From: Eledone cirrhosa
Taxonomy: Eukaryota
Assembly (NCBI GenBank): GCA_964016885.1
Contig: OZ024757.1
Location: 24,800,001-24,864,000 of the forward strand
Length of the DNA stretch: 64,000 bases
Reading direction: 5' to 3'
In this document: in pieces, positions 1 to 13,897 of the stretch
Layout: each line of letters begins with the position of its first letter
Position numbering within the stretch: position 1 is the stretch's first letter
The notes under the pieces: model-generated
What the model was told of the DNA's origin: nothing
Databases searched by the model: none
Seen by the model: the letters and a program-made list of their open reading frames with translations, nothing else
Made by a program: the position numbers and the translations under genes

Positions 1-156
1 AGAAATGAAAGGAAAGCACAAACAAGGGACAGGTGCCCTCCTCAGTTGTCTGCTGGGGGTCTCAGACGTTTTAATGCATTAAAGACAATATGTCTATCCC
101 CAGTGCGTCAATAACTTTGGAAGTTATCGGGGACAGAAAAAGAAATATATATATAT

Positions 157-414
157 GTCATCATCACCGTTTTACATCCATTCTTCCACGCTAACATGGG
201 TTAGATGGGTTGTCCTGTTGTTGGCAGTGCCCGGTCGGCTAACCTTGTCTTGCTCATACGGGAACTGATTCTGGCTTGATTTCTACAGCTGGATGCCCTT
301 CCTAACACCAACCTCATTTACAGTAAGTGCTGGGTGCTTTTTTTCCGTGGCACCTACACAACCACTTTACAGTGTGGGCTGGGTGCTTTTTTGCCGTGGC
401 ACCTCCACGACCAA

Positions 415-415
<1 letters not shown>
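157..415 (-). mobile_element. RTE family B 3'UTR / SINE-tail fragment
   Basis: Contains the GTTGGTGTTAGGAAGGGCATCCAGCTGTAGAAA motif, 48-bp modules and the same terminus as the LINE 3'UTR at 16580-16883. Confidence 0.75.
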
Positions 416-457
<42 letters not shown>

Positions 458-473
458 TAGTTTTAATATATAT

Positions 474-1259
474 ATCATCATCATCATCATCATCATTTTA
501 CGTCCGCTTTTCCCTGCTTGCAAGGGTGGGACGGGTCTTATTCAGCACAGCATCTCTCCACTCGTCACGGTCCCTCGTCATCTCCACCGTGAGCTTCAAT
601 GATCTGAGGTCTGTTCTCACCACCTCCGCCCATGTTTTTCGTGGTCTACCTCTACCACGTCTTCCTTCAACTGGCATTTCCTGGCACTTCTTCACCCATC
701 GGTCATCCTCCATGCGCATCACATGTCCATACCACCTCAGTCTCCTCTCCCGTACACTACATTCTATCCCTCTCAGACACAGTTTCTCTCTCAACACATT
801 TATGCTGGGTCGTTCACGCACATTTACACTGCACATCCAACGGAGCATGCTTGCCTCATTTCTCTCCAGCCGTCGCATATCTTCTGCGGTAGCTGCCCAT
901 GTCTCACTACCATGCAGCATCGCGCTCCTCACACAGGCATCATACAACCGGCCTTTCGTACGCAGGGAGAAACCCTTCTTCGTCAACAGAGGAAGCAGCT
1001 CCCTAAACTTCTTCCAACCCGTCCTTATTCTAGATACTATGGCCTCGGAACACCCTCCTCCCATGCTAATCTGATCTCCTAGGTACCGGAAGCTATCCAC
1101 CACTTCTATAGCGCCCTCTCGCATTTGAAAAATGTGTCTATCAGTGCGACTTCTACTGTCTAATTTCCCTGTACATCTACTGCATACATATTTCTCCCTA
1201 CCTGTTAGTTTGCCTGCTATCCCGCTACATCTCTTGTGTACCCAGGACCTACATTGTGT
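474..1259 (-). mobile_element. RTE-clade LINE 3' fragment (family A): PHD remnant, RT thumb/C-terminus, (GAT)n tail
   Basis: ORF 498-1124 has FRYLGD, LHGSETW, RLRWYGHVMR and GRPRKTW; upstream WVHKRCSG motif; ends in (GAT)n. Confidence 0.9.
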
Positions 1260-1269
1260 GCATATATAT

Positions 1270-1470
1270 ATATATTAGTAAAAGTAGAGAATATCGACTG
1301 CGAGCTGGACAGTTTCAGCTAGTTACCTCAGAAGAGGTAATTAGCTGAAACCACTGAGCTTACGGTCGATATCCCCTACTTTTATTAATATACGATACAC
1401 ACATTCTCCATCATACCATATTTCTTTCATTTGTGTTTTTCCCTGTCCCAGTACCACAGACCATCAATAC
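1270..1470 (+). mobile_element. Decayed PLE-type palindrome with partial hammerhead core
   Basis: Inverted arms 1270-1392; GAAAC-stem III-GTC on both arms; one-sided 3' extension; (TA)n flank. Confidence 0.6.
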
Positions 1471-1583
1471 ATATGTCTATGTGTGTGTGTATATATACAC
1501 ATACAGACATATATATATATATATATATATACAAATACACACACACACACTGACACATATATATATATGTACAAACACACACT

Positions 1584-1614
<31 letters not shown>

Positions 1615-1703
1615 GCACAAATACACACACACACACATATACATATATAAACATACACACCACACAAACATTCACTTACATATGTTTGTGTGTGTGTATA
1701 CAT

Positions 1704-1742
<39 letters not shown>

Positions 1743-1815
1743 CAAATACACACACACACACATATACAAACATACACACAAACATTCACATACATATGTC
1801 TGTGTGTGTATACAG

Positions 1816-1854
<39 letters not shown>

Positions 1855-2154
1855 CAAATACACACACACTCACATATATATATACACAAATACACACACA
1901 CACATATATATACATATATAAACATACACACAAACATTCACATACACACACAAATATATACATATGCACACACATACACATATGTGCATGCATGTGTGTG
2001 CATGTGTGCGCATAAATAAATCCATTGGAACACTTCAAGCATGTTGAATAATGGTTTAGGAATCAACTGGAATAAAATCTATATTAGATTTCCAGAATCT
2101 TCTTAGAAGAAGTTCAAAGCTCTGGGGAGGAATTACACTGTTGTACACATACAC

Positions 2155-2185
<31 letters not shown>

Positions 2186-2199
2186 ACATACATACATAC

Positions 2200-2282
<83 letters not shown>

Positions 2283-3045
2283 GATAAACCCCCAAAATAC
2301 ACACACACACACAACATACACACATAGATATACACACAACATACACACACACATATATATATATATATACACACACATACAACATACACACACACACACA
2401 TATATATATATATACCCATAACATACACATAGATATACACACAACGCACATACGCTATATACATATGACACACACACATACAGCATACACACATACGACA
2501 CACACACACACACATAGATACATAAGTACACACATATACACACTCATGAGGGTGTATATGAAAGTATATACATTATGTTTATATATAATGGTTCACGATT
2601 TTATGCACAAAGCCAGCAATTTTGAGGGAGGGGAAAGTTGATTAAATCAACCCGTGTATTACTGGTACTTTATTTTTATCGATCTCACAAGGATGAAAGG
2701 CACAGCTAACATCGGTTGGATTAAAACCCAGAACGTAAAGGGTCGTAACTCTACGTTACACAGCAAGTTGCCCGGTGCCCTACCGATGCTGTCAATCCAC
2801 CACCCTATGTCACCGCTATCTCAGTAGCAGTGAGAATGCCAGATAGCTATTTCTGGATGTTTATCCATCATCAGTGACATTTACTCTTTACTGAGATAAA
2901 ATAATATAAAGCCTGTAGTACAAATTTGACTAGTAAAAGGGAGGTAATTAGAGGGTATAAATGCTTTCATATCCACCCCTGTTACCATACGTGTGTGTGT
3001 CTGTATGTGTGTGTGCGTGTGTGTATACACACACACACATATAGA

Positions 3046-4150
3046 GAGATTGGAAAGAAATGAAACATGCATGCTCCAATGGATGTGTAATACATGATCG
3101 GCAAAGTGTAACTGAACTAAGGAAGAAATTAGGCAAAAGAGGGATCAGATGCAGTATACTAGAGAGGATGACAGCTGTATAAAAAGGCGCAGTGTGATCA
3201 AAATTGATGGAAGCTATGGAGTAGGAAGACCCAGCAAACCTTGGATGAGGTGAAAAAATTGCACCTCTCAAAGACAATGACACAGGGTCAAGATCTTTGG
3301 CGTGATGCAGTAATACAGAAGACTCGCCTTCTCATGTACACATATTGAAACACAAATCTTGTAGGCACCTCATAACCACTGTACTCCCTCCCATACATCC
3401 CCACATGCCTACACGCACTCCTACTTCAGCTCACACTACTCTTGCACTCTAAAGTTGTTGGTATCCCAAAAAGGGATCCCGCCCACACTGTGAAGTGGTC
3501 ATGTAGGTGTCACAATAAAAAGCACCCAGCCCACACTGTAAAGTGGTCGTGTAGGTGTCACGATAAAAAGCACCCAGCCCACACTGTAAAGTGGTCATGT
3601 AGGTGTCATGATAAAAAGCACCCAGCCCACACTGTAAAGTGGTCGTGTAGGTTTCACGATAAAAAGCACCCAGCCCACACTGTGAAGTGGTCATGTAGGT
3701 GTCAATAAAAAGCACTCAGCCCACACTGTGAAGTGGTCATGTAGGTGTCATGATAAAAAGCACCCAGCCCACACTGTAAAGTGGTCGTGTAGGTGTCAAT
3801 AAAAAGCACTCAGCCCACACTGTAAAGTGGTTGTGTAGGTGTCACGATAAAAAGCACCCAGCCCACACTGTACAGTAGTCATGTAGGTGTCACGATAAAA
3901 AGCACCCAGCCTACACTGTAAAGTGGTCGTGTAGGTGTCACAATAAAAAGCACTCAGCCCACACTGTAAAGTAGTCGTGTAGGTGTCACAATAAAAAGCA
4001 CTCAGCCCACACTGTAAAGTAGTCGTGTAGGTGTCATGACAAAAAGCACCCAGTCCACACTGTAAAGTGGTCATGTATGAGTCATGGCAAAAAGCACACA
4101 GCACATACTGTAAATGTGGTTGGCATTAGGAAGGGCATCCAGCTGTAGAA
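3046..4150 (+). mobile_element. Decayed RTE family B 3' end with expanded 48-bp 3'UTR array (3480-4095)
   Basis: RLERNE..MLQWMCN and GVGRP remnants, then about 13 x 48-bp units, then the GTTGGCATTAGGAAGGGCATCCAG motif. Confidence 0.75.
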
Positions 4151-4557
4151 ATCTAGCAAGAAGTGGTTCTGTATGAGCAGAACACACTGTAAAATGGCAG
4201 AATTGGTGGCACAAAACACACATCCAGAACACACTGTAAAATGGCAGAATTGGTGGCACAAAACACACATCCAGAACACACTGTAAGGTGGTTGTTGTTA
4301 GGAAGGACATCCAGTTCCAGAAACAATGCGAAATATGGAATGGAATGAGGGTTATAAACCCCACTATCAGACTAGAAATTTCTTTAGTCTAAAATACGGC
4401 GAAAGCTTATAATTTCTAATTTCAAACTCGCGCACCATTTCAAAAACATACTTACATGTTTACGTTTATAATTTGCTTGTATATATATATATATATACCT
4501 ACAATTATCTGTTTTTGTATTTGAAAATCAATTACTATATACTATATATATATATAA

Positions 4558-4748
4558 GTGTTTCTACTTTTGGCACAAGGCCAGCAATTATCCCAGTGCA
4601 TTACTGGTACTTTATTTTATCGACCCCCGTAAAGATGAAAGGCAAAGTTAACCTCAGCGAGATTTGAACTCAGAATGGCAAGGGCGGTAACTCTATGCTT
4701 CAAAGCATGGTGTCCGATCCTCTACCGATACTGCCAATCCACCGCCCT
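4558..4748 (-). mobile_element. SINE family 2 (Meta-domain-like core)
   Basis: Minus strand has A-box TGGCAGTATCGG, B-box GAGTTCAAATC, core GCCTTTCATC..GGGTCGATAAAATAAAGTACCAG and tail CTGGCCTTGTGCCAAAAGTAGAAAC. Confidence 0.75.
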
Positions 4749-5326
4749 TTATATATATATATATAATGCACCCAGAGCACTCTGTAAAGTGGTAATATTA
4801 TGTGTCGGCATGTGGCTTAGTGGTTACATTGTTCAGCACATAGTAATAAGATCATGAGTTCAATTCTCAGCAGTTCATTGTGTCCTTGAGCAAGACACTA
4901 TTTCATGTACAAATTTTACACAACTAAGTTTTTAATAGAACCTCATGTGTGCATGTGTATGGAGGAATACAATACTACATGTTCCACATGCAAACTGAGA
5001 CACCGTTTCAATAGAGATGGTTGCAGCAACAGCAGCAGTAGTAGTAACAACAACAACAACAACCGCAGCAGTAGTAACAAACAACAGCAGCAGTAACAAC
5101 AACAACAGCAGCAGTAGTAGTAACAACAACAACAACAGCAGCAGTAGTAACAACAACAACAGCAGCAGCAGTAGTAACAACAACAACAGCAGCAGCAGTA
5201 GTAACAACAACAACCGCAACAATTGTAGAGTCCATTAGGAAAGAAAAAGTTGAATATTATACATCACAAAGCAATATTTCCTGTGATGGAATGAGAGAAT
5301 ATATATATGTTTATATATATGTATAT

Positions 5327-5374
<48 letters not shown>

Positions 5375-5418
5375 ATATATATATATGTATGTGTATATAT
5401 ATATATGTATATATATAT

Positions 5419-5769
5419 TAGAAAGTGAGGTTTTTTTACAAAATGAAAAATAACCGAGGTGTCCTACACGAGTGAAAGTATAAAGAAAAAGAGATGAAAT
5501 CGAAAATGCAACTGTAGTCTTATTTAAAAAAAAATATATATATTTATTTGGTTCCTTAACCGGTTTCGCAGTTCTTCTGCTTTTCAAAAGTAGAGTTGAG
5601 ATGGAGGGTCTGTGGTTTTTCGTACAGATGTGAGAAAAACCACAGACCCTCCATCTCAACTCTACTTTTGAAAAGCAGAAGAACTGCGAAACAGGTAAAG
5701 GAACCAAATAAATATATATATTTAAAAAAAAATAAGTCTCCAGTTGCATTTTCGATTTAATCTTTTTTT

Positions 5770-5775
<6 letters not shown>
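5419..5775 (-). mobile_element. PLE-type palindrome with TTGAAAA-core hammerhead
   Basis: About 140-bp inverted arms around a 12-nt spacer; TTGAAAA-GCAG/CTGC-GAAAC-CG-GTT; unpaired extension 5419-5481. Confidence 0.7.
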
Positions 5776-5804
<29 letters not shown>

Positions 5805-5894
5805 TTTATATATATGTATATAAGCATACACACACACATATATATATATACGTATACATATCTATATATATACGTATACATATCTATCTATCTA

Positions 5895-5962
<68 letters not shown>

Positions 5963-5992
5963 GAATATAAAATGAAAGTGCTTTTATAAACG

Positions 5993-6030
<38 letters not shown>

Positions 6031-6648
6031 TATACTTATATACATATATATATATACTTATATACATATATATATATACTTATATACATATATATATATA
6101 CTTATATACATATATATATACATATACACATATATATATACATACACACATATATATATACATACATATATATATACATATATATATATATACATATACA
6201 CATATATATACATATACACATATATATATATATATATATACATATATATATACATATACACATATATATACATATACACATATATATACATATACACATA
6301 TATATACATATACATGTATATATACATATATATATATACATATACACATATATATACATATATATATATACATATACACATATATATACATATATATACA
6401 TATACATATATACATATAGACATATATATACATATACATATATACATATATATACATATATACACAAACATATATATATATATACATATATATATACACA
6501 TATATATATACATACATATATATATATACATACATATTTACATATATATATATATACATACCCGCACATATGTATATACACACGTGTATGTATATATACA
6601 CACACATACACATACATATATACAGAGAGAGAGAGAGAAAGAGAGAGA

Positions 6649-6696
<48 letters not shown>

Positions 6697-6783
6697 GTAC
6701 AACGAGGTGTGAAGATGAGGTATTAAAAACTTTATGAAATAACAGCAGCATTAAAGTAGCTCCCAGCTGGAGATATCTCATTT

Positions 6784-6825
<42 letters not shown>

Positions 6826-7415
6826 GGTGGCTGCCAACTCGTTTTCGAGTACGGCCACTACTTTATATCCATGTAGGAGAACCCCTACCGATGCGCTGAA
6901 CGAGTGTGACTTTTTAGTCCAGCCAGCGACTTGAAAACTCTGGTACAAACACTACACTTGTGACAATTATTGACACATAGTGCTGGACCCATGGTACCAT
7001 GTAACAAGTGCAGAGAGATCTCCAGATATAAAGCAATGCCTGTGCCGTGAAGCTTTTATAGTGAGCAAAGGCACTGCACAAAGCCAGTCCCACTCTCTTA
7101 ACCAAGATGATATTTACCAAAAAGAAGAACAAGTCAACATCATTGGATACCATCAGGGTTGCAGGTGTTATATCAGAGTTTTCCTTCTCCTAGAATTCTG
7201 CCTTGACAAAGGCTAAGGGGTCATCTCTCCCGGTGATTTTGGATGGCCATTGACTCTTAAGAGCTCCTTTGCCCTTTGACAGGTTTTGTTTTTAGTCCTG
7301 CAGGATGTCCAAAGTCAACCTCCTCACCAAGAAACCTTGGTGGGGTTGCCAGTTTAGTCGCCAACGACCCGACAATGGGACAGGTTGTACAGGGATACAT
7401 GTTACCATGTTACCA
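6826..7415 (-). mobile_element. Probable LINE (RTE-like) 5' region; related segment at 12958-13212
   Basis: Minus-strand CTAGGAGAAGGAAAACTCTG motif, which I associate with RTE 5'UTRs; second related copy in the window. Confidence 0.45.
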
Positions 7416-7699
7416 TATATATATATATACACACATAAATACATATATATACAAACACACATACACATACATACATACACATATATATACACATACATAC
7501 ATACACATATATATACACATACATACATATACACACACACATACATATACACACATGCATACATATACTCACACATACATATATACATACACATAGATAC
7601 ATATATATATATACATACACACACAAACACACATATATACATATACACACACATACATTTATACATACATACATATATACATATACACATACACACAAA

Positions 7700-7882
7700 C
7701 AACGAAGGAATTGTGGTAAGGAACCAGATGGACCATAACGCACCAGAGTACTCAATACTTAGGGTAGTAAAGTGGGTAATAGGAAAATGTTTGACCCCGA
7801 CGGCAGAGCTCAAGCTCTTATGTCCAGAAATAGCCGTTGAAACGGCTTGAGCTCTGCCGTCGGGGTCATACCTTTTCCTATA
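7700..7882 (-). mobile_element. PLE-type partial palindrome (also at 26220-26423 and 46453-46500)
   Basis: GAAACGGC-ttgagctct-GCCGT-C stem III and GUC site; inverted arms; three copies. Confidence 0.6.
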
Positions 7883-8215
7883 CACGCAAACATATATATA
7901 CATACATATGTATATATATAACATATACATATAAATTTATCAATATCATCGTTTAACGTCCATCTTCCACGCTATTTTGTCCCATTTAGAGGCAAGTTGA
8001 GTCGGGTGACCGTGTCTCGCTCATATAGAACTATTTCTGGCTGGTTTTCCACGGTTGGATGCCCTGACTAGCACCAACCACATTTACAGTGTGGGCTGGG
8101 TGCCTTTTACCATGTCTCTATAATGACCACTTTACATTGTGGGCTGGGTGCTTTTTACCATGTCTCTATAATGACCACTTTACATTGTGGGCTGGGTGCC
8201 TTTACCATGTCTATA

Positions 8216-9528
8216 CGAGGGGGGATCAAAAAGTTCGCGGAATTTTATCGTAGTAAGAAGAAAATAGGTTAAAACAATATTAGACATGTCAGAACATTGT
8301 CACTGGGTATTTACCTTGCTATTAGTCACTTGCAGTCAGTTATGCGCGGACTATTGTACAGTACTGACACTCTTTAAAAAACCTCTTTTTGGAACAATGG
8401 AAAATAGTTATTTTGAGATAAGATCGAATATCAAGTTTCTGGTGAAACTCAAATGGAAAGGGACACAGATTATGGAGACTTTAGTTAAAGTTTACGGTAC
8501 TACTGCTCCAAAGAAAACTGCTGTCTACAAGTGGATTCAGCGATTCAAACAAGGGAGAGACGACCTTGAAGACAAACATCGCAGTGGAAGACTAGGAACA
8601 TCAAAAAATGACCAAAACGTTGAGGCTGCTCAGACTTTAATTGAAGAAGATCGAAGAATAACAGTTAATCAGTTAGCTAAGTCCCTAGACATTTCATATA
8701 GTTCGGCAAATTCAATTCTGCACGATAATTTGGGACTAAGCAAGGTTTTAGCGCGATGGGTCCCAAAGGCATTGCGCCCTGATCAGCTGATTCTTCAAAG
8801 TGATCTGTCTTTGGCGATATTAAACAAAATTGAAGTTGATGAAGAGCATTTCCTGACCAGAATCATCACCGGAAATGAAACCTGGATCTACCAGTATGAT
8901 CCTGAATCCAAACAGCAGTCAAAACAGTGGCTTCCACGTGGATCATTGGGGCCAATCAAGTTCAAATCTCAAAAGTCGGATCAAAAAGTGATGGCCACCA
9001 TTTTCTGGTATTCAGATGGGTTGATACTAATATATTATCTTGAAGGTCAAAGAACTGTGACAGGAGCTTACTATGCAAATGTTTTAAGGAAACTGAAAGA
9101 CGCATTAGTCAAGAAACAAAAAGGGAAACTTCATGGTGGGATCTTGTTTGACATGACAATGCACCAGCGCATTCTGCACGGGTTGCAAAAGAAGTTCTTC
9201 GAGAATTTCGATGGGAAGTGCTTCCTCACCGCCTTATAGTCCAGATTTAGCCCCATCAGACTTTTTCTTCTTTCCAAAACTCAAAAAAGAAATGCTAAAA
9301 GGAACCCGTTTTAGTGGTGTTGAAGAAGCTAAAAACACTGCCAACACATGGCTTCGAACAAGGCCTTCAACTTTCTTTAGAGACGGCTTACGAAGCTGGA
9401 AGCATCGCCTTGTGAAGTGTATTGACCTGGATGGCAACTATGTAGAAAAATAAATTGAAGGTAAATCATATTTTTTGAAAAATAGAATATTTTCTGAAAA
9501 ATTCCGCGAACTTTTTGATCCCCCCTCG
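8216..9528 (+). mobile_element. Full-length mariner (DD34D) transposon
   Basis: Perfect 31-bp TIRs cgaggggggatcaaaaagttcgcggaatttt; TA TSD at 8214-15 and 9529-30. Confidence 0.95.
8397..9453 (+). pseudogene. Mariner transposase, frameshifted
   Basis: HTH N-terminus, WVPKAL, TGNETW (catalytic D to N), HDNAPAH, YSPDLAPSD with 34-residue spacing; frameshifts near 9150 and 9230. Confidence 0.92.
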
Positions 9529-9678
9529 TATAATGACCACTTTACATTGTGGGCTGAGTGCCTTTTACCATGTCTATATAATGACCACTTTACATTGTGG
9601 GCTGAGTGCCTTTTACCATGTCTATATAATGACCACTTTACATTGTGGGCTGAGTGCCTTTTACCATGTCTATATAAT

Positions 9679-9861
9679 TGTTTCTACTTTTGGCATAAGG
9701 CCAGCAATTATCCAGTAGATTACTGGTACTTTATTTTATCGACCCCGTAAGGATGAAAGGCAAAGTTAACCTCGACAGGATTTGAACTCAGAATGGCAAG
9801 GGCCGTAACTCTATGCGTCAAAGCATGGCGTCCGACCCTCTACTGATACTGCCAATTCACC
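9679..9861 (-). mobile_element. SINE family 2 inserted in the 48-bp array
   Basis: Head, core and tail present; flanked by a 16-bp direct repeat accatgtctatataat. Confidence 0.85.
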
Positions 9862-10835
9862 ACCATGTCTATATAATGACCACTTTACGTTGTGGGCTGG
9901 GTGCCTTTTACTATGTCTATATAATGACCACTTTACAGTGTGGGCTGGGTGCCTTTTACCATGTCTATATCATGACCACTTTACATTGTGGGCTGGGTGC
10001 CTTTTACCATGTCTCTATAATGACCACTTTACATTGTGGGCTGGGTGCTTTTTACCATGTCTCTATAATGACCACTTTACAGTGTGGGCTTGGTGCCTTT
10101 TAACATGTCTCTATAATGACCACTTTACATTGTGGGCTGGGTGCCTTTTACCATGTCTATATCATGACCACTTTACAGTGTGGGCTGGGTGCCTTTTACT
10201 ATGTCTATATAATGACCACTTTACAGTGTGGGCTGGGTGCCTTTTACCATGTCTATATAATGACCACTTTACATTGTGGGCTGGGTGCCTTTTACTATGT
10301 CTATATAATGACCACTTTACATTGTGGGCTGGGTGCCTTTTACCATGTCTCTATAATGACCACTTTACAGTGTGGGCTGGGTGCCTTTTACCATGTCTAT
10401 ATAATGACCACTTTACATTGTGGGCTGAGTGCCTTTTACCATGTCTATATAATGACCACTTTACATTGTGGGCTGGGTGCCTTTTACTATGTCTATATAA
10501 TGACCACTTTACATTGTGGGCTGGGTGCCTTTTACCATGTCTCTATAATGACCACTTTACAGTGTGGGCTGGGTGCCTTTTACCATGTCTATATAATGAC
10601 CACTTTACATTGTGGGCTGAGTGCCTTTTACCATGTCTATATAATGACCACTTTACATTGTGGGCTGGGTGCCTTTTACCATGTCTCTATAATGACCACT
10701 TTACATTGTGGGCTGGGTGCCTTTTACCATGTCTATATAATGACCACTTTACATTGTGGGCTGGGTGCCTTTTACCATGTCTCTATAATGACCACTTTAC
10801 AGTGTGGGCTGGGTGCCTTTTACCATGTCTCTATA

Positions 10836-11011
10836 ATTGTTTCTACTTGTGGCACAAGGCCAGCAATTACCCAGTACATTACTGGTACTTTATTTTATCG
10901 ACCCTGTAAGGATGAAAGGCAAAGTTAACCTCGACGGGATTTGAACTCAGACTGTAAAGGGACGTAACTATGCTGGAAAGCATGGTGTCCGACTCTCTAC
11001 CGATACTGCCA
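10836..11011 (-). mobile_element. SINE family 2 inserted in the 48-bp array
   Basis: Same family and same register in the unit as 9679-9861. Confidence 0.85.
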
Positions 11012-11691
11012 GCTGGGTGCCTTTTACCATGTCTCTATAATGACCACTTTACAGTGTGGGCTGGATGTTTTGTGGTACCAACGTAACATACACACACACA
11101 TATATATATACACACACATATAGATCATGATAATGATATATATATATATATATATGTGTGTGTATATACATATATCATCATCACCATGTGTGTGTGTTTT
11201 CATTTATTTATCTATGTGTTTATTTATTTGCCACTAGTAAATAAATAAATAAATAAACACACACACCCGGATGTAACGCATGCACACACCAAGCACACAG
11301 CACACAACACACAAAAACAAGATGGTTTAGGAGAGAAAGGAGAGACACACAAAATAAAAACCTAGTAACTGAGGAGGTCGCAGAATGTGTGCTGAAAGAA
11401 CTTTGACAATATATAAACAAGCTTCCGGTTATCAAACCAACCAACCAATGGGAAATTTATAATAAATTGAAGTGAAAACCAACAGGTGTATGTGTTTTTA
11501 TTGGCAACATGGCCCTCCCAAAGTATAACAATATCTGTTTCAACACACGTTTTCAGATAAGAAATCTTGCAAAACAAATTAAAAAATGAATCATATATAT
11601 ATATATACACACACATATATATATATATATACATATATATGTACATATATATACACATATATATATATACATATATATACACCTATATATA

Positions 11692-12934
11692 CAGGTGTGG
11701 ACGATATTTGTTCCCAATTTTCAACTGCTAATTTTATGCAAATTTTTTTTACTTCCGTTATCACTCTTGTCTTCATAAAAACAGTGACTATATTTCCATT
11801 ATATATTTTCAGAATAATTGATTATGAATAATTTTGAACCTCCACGGAGTTCTTCTTGGAATCCGCACTGGGAGGACAAATAAGGAAATTTCAGACTTTC
11901 TCAGCTTCAGCAGGAGAATGGTGGAAAAGGTCAGAAAGGAATTGGAAGATTCAGGATTCGACTACGAAGCAACATCAGAGAGGAAAACACATGATCAACG
12001 ATATGACGCCTTCAGAACGCCCGAGTTCGTCGCTGAAGTTCAGGATATCATCAACAATGAATCTAGCAAGTCGATGCGTGCCATTGCAAAGGAGAAAGAC
12101 GTGGATTAAAAGCTCATTAGGCTGGTGGTACATGAAGACATTCGCTATGTTTTATACAAGTTGAGGAAAGGACAATTTCTGTCAAAGGCGATGCAAGAAA
12201 AGCGACTGAAGCACGCAAAGAAGCTGATCAACAAGTTGGAATACTCACTGGAGCCAGACATGCTGTCGTTTTTCTCCGACGAGAAAAACTTCTGCCAGGA
12301 CCAGAAGATCAACTCCCAGAACAACAGGCAGCTCGCTGTCTCATCCAAAGACGTGCCCAGAGTCATGCAGACAAAGTTTCCAGCGACAACATTGGTCTTA
12401 GGTGTCGTCAGCAGTCAAGGTGACGTCATGCCACCTCACTTCTGAGCGAGGTAGTAAAGCCCTGGATCGACCAGGTAGCTGCAGGTAGGCCGTACGTGTG
12501 GCAGCAAGACTCAGCGTCCTGCCATACCAGCCGAAAGACCCAAGCCTGGCTGTCAGAGAACTTCGTCGACCACACTTCACCTGAGATCTGGCCTCCCAGC
12601 TCGCCTGACTGCAACCCCCTCGACTCCTTTGTGGGGCGCACAGTGGAACGAGACACCAACAGATCTAGCTGCAATACGAAAAATGATCTGAAGGCCAGGA
12701 TCACAAGTGCCTTTAGGGGCCTATGTCGGTGGACAGTGACGAAGGCCTGTAGCCGGTTCCGAGGCCGCCTTTAGGCTGTCATCAAAGCCAATGGCGGGTT
12801 TATCGAGTGAGATCGAAAGAACAAGTCATGAACACAAACTGACCCAAGTTTGATAAATATATCTTAAAAAATAAAACTACTGTGTTATTTTTTCCTAGAC
12901 AGTAATCTTGCGAACAAATATTGTCTGCACCCTG
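11692..12934 (+). mobile_element. DD37D (maT-type) Tc1/mariner element with decayed transposase
   Basis: Imperfect TIRs caggtgtggacgatatttgttc / gaacaaatattgtctgcaccctg; TA TSDs; FSDEKNF, QQD-(37 aa)-D, WPPSSPDCNPLD; in-frame stops. Confidence 0.9.
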
Positions 12935-13791
12935 TACATATATATATATATATATATGATGGCTGCCCCCTCGTTATCGAGTATGGCCATTGCACGATAT
13001 ACCATTATTAATAATTATTAATTAATGCCTTCGTGCAATGCCTGTGCATGAAGATATTTTTTAAAGTGAGGAAAGACTGTGCACTGAGCCAATCCCACTC
13101 TCTGAGTGACAGTAGCTATAACCCGAAAAGAAGAAAAGATCAACATCATCGGTAACTACTGAGCCGCAGATTTCATATCGGAGTTATCCCAGTTTCCTGA
13201 GTTGCCTTCTCCTATGTATATATATGTATATGTGTATGCATGTATGTGTACGTGTAGGTATATGTGAATGTGTGTATATATGTGTGTATATATGTATGTA
13301 TATGTATGTGTGTATGTATATATATATATATGTATATATATAAGTGTATATGTATGTATATATATATATAAAGAGCGGAAGAACTCATAAGAGTCAACGG
13401 CCATCCAAAAGTGTGTAAATATGTATATACACATGTACATACGTATGTATATGTGTATATACATGGGTACATGTATATGTATATGCGCGGGGACATAGAA
13501 ATAGTCAGGCTGGACATCCGATCGCGCGGTTAAACCACTGGGAGTGAAGGACCCCTAGCCTATGGCAGGACATTCTTCTATATACATACATATATATATA
13601 TACATACATACATATATAACTGCCAATACTGGATTGAATAATCAAAACCGTAGCGGTATGTCACATATCAAATCAAATACTTTATCTGATGAAAACGTAC
13701 TTAAATACCATTGTACCTTTGAAATATGTATAATAAAATATATATTTGGATTATGAGAATATTTTTCCTTTATTAACATTTTGAATAATAT

Positions 13792-13897
<106 letters not shown>

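Larger units (their letters stand above)
8083..11065 (-). repeat. 48-bp minisatellite expanded from the RTE-B 3'UTR, interrupted by a mariner and two SINEs
   Basis: Unit catgtctatataatgaccactttacattgtgggctgggtgccttttac; about 30 copies; adjoins the RTE-B tail at 7945-8082. Confidence 0.9.

Noticed and set aside
1433-2543. Long YI/HT/CV-rich ORFs here and at about 6, 14, 16, 20, 42, 49 and 62 kb
   Set aside because: Translations of stop-free (TA)n/(CA)n microsatellites
8286-8396. N-terminal extension of the mariner ORF (SETMAR-like fusion)
   Set aside because: Lies inside the element's 5'UTR; no SET motifs; the transposase is frameshifted
9890-10928. CRISPR-like or repeat-protein appearance of the 48-bp array
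   Set aside because: No unique spacers or cas genes; a pure tandem repeat derived from a LINE 3'UTR
11362-11410. CTGAGGA..GAAA hammerhead candidate; similar weak hits at 21632, 44023, 52445 and 53113
   Set aside because: Stem I or part of the core is missing; may be decayed copies but not supportable
13484-13578. HDV-like ribozyme on the minus strand
   Set aside because: P1 has mismatches, no P1.1 GG, and no catalytic C or P2' before the microsatellite
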